DNA of 50,822 nucleotides from Catajapyx aquilonaris (taxonomy: Eukaryota): contig JYFJ02002788.1 of NCBI GenBank assembly GCA_000934665.2, positions 1 to 50,822 of the forward strand. Direction: 5' to 3'. The notes beneath the pieces are model-generated. The model was not told where the DNA came from. It did no database searches and worked only from the letters and a program-made list of their open reading frames with translations. Below, one piece after another: positions 49,517 to 50,822 of the stretch. Position 1 is the first letter of the stretch; each line of letters begins with the position of its first letter. Both the position numbers and the translations under genes were made by a program.

Positions 49517-50128
49517 TATCATACACATACATTGCCTGATACGCTGATCGACATGATGGGAAGAATGGAATCTACCACGCAGTTCACCAAGAATGATCAG
49601 TCACAGCAAACAAGGAAGAATATTGCAGTGTGAGGGAATTCCTTTGCTTGTTGTAGCAACCACAGCAGCAAAACAAGGTGACCACATGCACAAATATTGC
49701 AACACTATACCAATTTCTTGTGCATATCAGATGCCAGAGTACTGTACACGAAAATATAGTTGCGATGTCATAATTTACGTGTTCGAATTACGCGGCCTGC
49801 CACCTTGAGGCTATCCACCCCAACACCTGCCGCCAGGAAGCGCCACCTGCCAAGCCCATGTCAAAACGAATATTATAATACCAGTTAAAACTACAACATC
49901 ATATTAGTTTAACACTTTAACATCAACACACCAAATATATTTGTAAAACAATTTTGTTCAAACTTAAATATTGTTGACTCATCGCCTTTGCCTGGCACCT
50001 CTGGAACGCAGGACACAAAATGTCCGCCAGTCGCTGCTGGTAGTTGCTCGAGGAAAGTTGCCAGTCACTTGTAGTCTTTGTGGTTGGAAGCAGCCGGTGC
50101 CACAGCAGGTCAGGTCAGGGCAGCAGGT

Positions 50129-50428
50129 ATGGGTCAGAACCAGTCCGGAGGAGGAGGTGGAGGATCGGGCGGGGACAAGAAGGACGAGAAGGAGAAGAAG
50201 AAGAAGTATGAGCCGCCCGTGCCCACCAGGGTGGGGAAGAAGAAGAGGAAGACCAAGGGACCCGACGCGGCCCTCAAGCTGCCACAGGTCACCCCTCACA
50301 CCAGGTGCAGGCTGAAGCTGCTCAAGCAGGAGCGCATCAAGGACTACCTGCTCATGGAGGAGGAGTTCATCCGCAACCAGGAGAGGCTCAAGCCGCAGGA
50401 GGAGAAGAATGAGGAGGAGAGGTCAAAG
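50129..50428 (+). CDS. PSMC1: 26S proteasome regulatory ATPase subunit 4 (Rpt2), first coding exon; gene continues beyond the window
   Basis: MGQNQSGG...[78 protein letters not shown] is the highly conserved Rpt2 N-terminus, including the myristoylation-type MG start. A GT donor lies at 50429 (phase 0). Confidence 0.97.
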
Positions 50429-50822
50429 GTCCGGGCAGTCTCTACAAAACGTCAGGGAAAAGAGATTTGTTATGCAATAGGTTCCAAAAATGTACAGAAA
50501 CAGCTATTTGTGCTGTGTCATGCTGAGTCCAAGCAGCAGTAGGAAAAGAAACATCATGTGGATGGGGAGTCTCTGTGTGTTCACAAGCTTGTGAGATGCT
50601 GTTGTAGTGAGAAGCCAAATTTCTCGTCGAATTTGTCCATTAGCCTATCACCCATGCTAAAATGTCATGAATTTGCTTGAAACAGCGGTTCGTGTGAGCT
50701 TGTGAATACACCTTTAGGTGGACTTAATGGGGAACTAGCCTTGGTCTGGGATTTGGGATTTTTGTTCATAACTAGCTAGCCCATGCCCGTAAACATACAT
50801 TCCATCACTCTGTTGCATCAAA

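Noticed and set aside
49971..50542. ORFs 49971-50315 (+), 49979-50299 (-) and the extensions of 50078-50542
   Set aside because: These are shadow frames of the Rpt2 exon. Homology starts at the ATG at 50129 and ends at the donor at 50429, and the remainder is UTR or intron read-through.
1..50822. Prokaryotic system (CRISPR array, defence island, operon)
   Set aside because: The genes are spliceosomal-intron-containing eukaryotic genes, coding density is low, and there is no regularly spaced repeat-spacer array.

Overview
This is eukaryotic, intron-containing genomic DNA, most likely from an arthropod (inferred from a Methuselah-like GPCR, an antigen-5-type CAP gene and the repeat content). 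It is not prokaryotic, and I found no CRISPR array, operon, rRNA or genuine tRNA gene. Six protein-coding genes can be built by hand with GT-AG introns. These are Sgf11/ATXN7L3 (+, 3 coding exons), a GT31 beta-1,3-galactosyltransferase (-, 5' end unresolved), a CAP/antigen-5-like protein (-, 6 exons), a Methuselah-like GPCR (-, 7 exons), a divergent dynein light chain roadblock (-, 4 exons) and the first coding exon of proteasome ATPase Rpt2/PSMC1 (+). There is also a fibrinogen-domain pseudogene with an internal deletion, a tRNA-derived SINE and a 5'-truncated RTE LINE (both with exact target-site duplications), two copies of an LTR-like repeat, MITEs, an 88-bp palindrome and microsatellites. 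I cannot support a wholly new biological system from sequence alone. The best leads are: (i) an intact CAP protein that has lost the canonical His/Glu cavity residues and carries a GPI/TM-like tail; (ii) a divergent roadblock paralogue head-to-head with Rpt2; (iii) a galactosyltransferase whose natural-looking start is one base out of frame; (iv) an intronless fibrinogen fragment between LTR-like direct repeats; and (v) an unexplained cluster of exon-like segments at about 14.1-16.1 kb. All exon coordinates were derived by eye and need RNA-seq confirmation.
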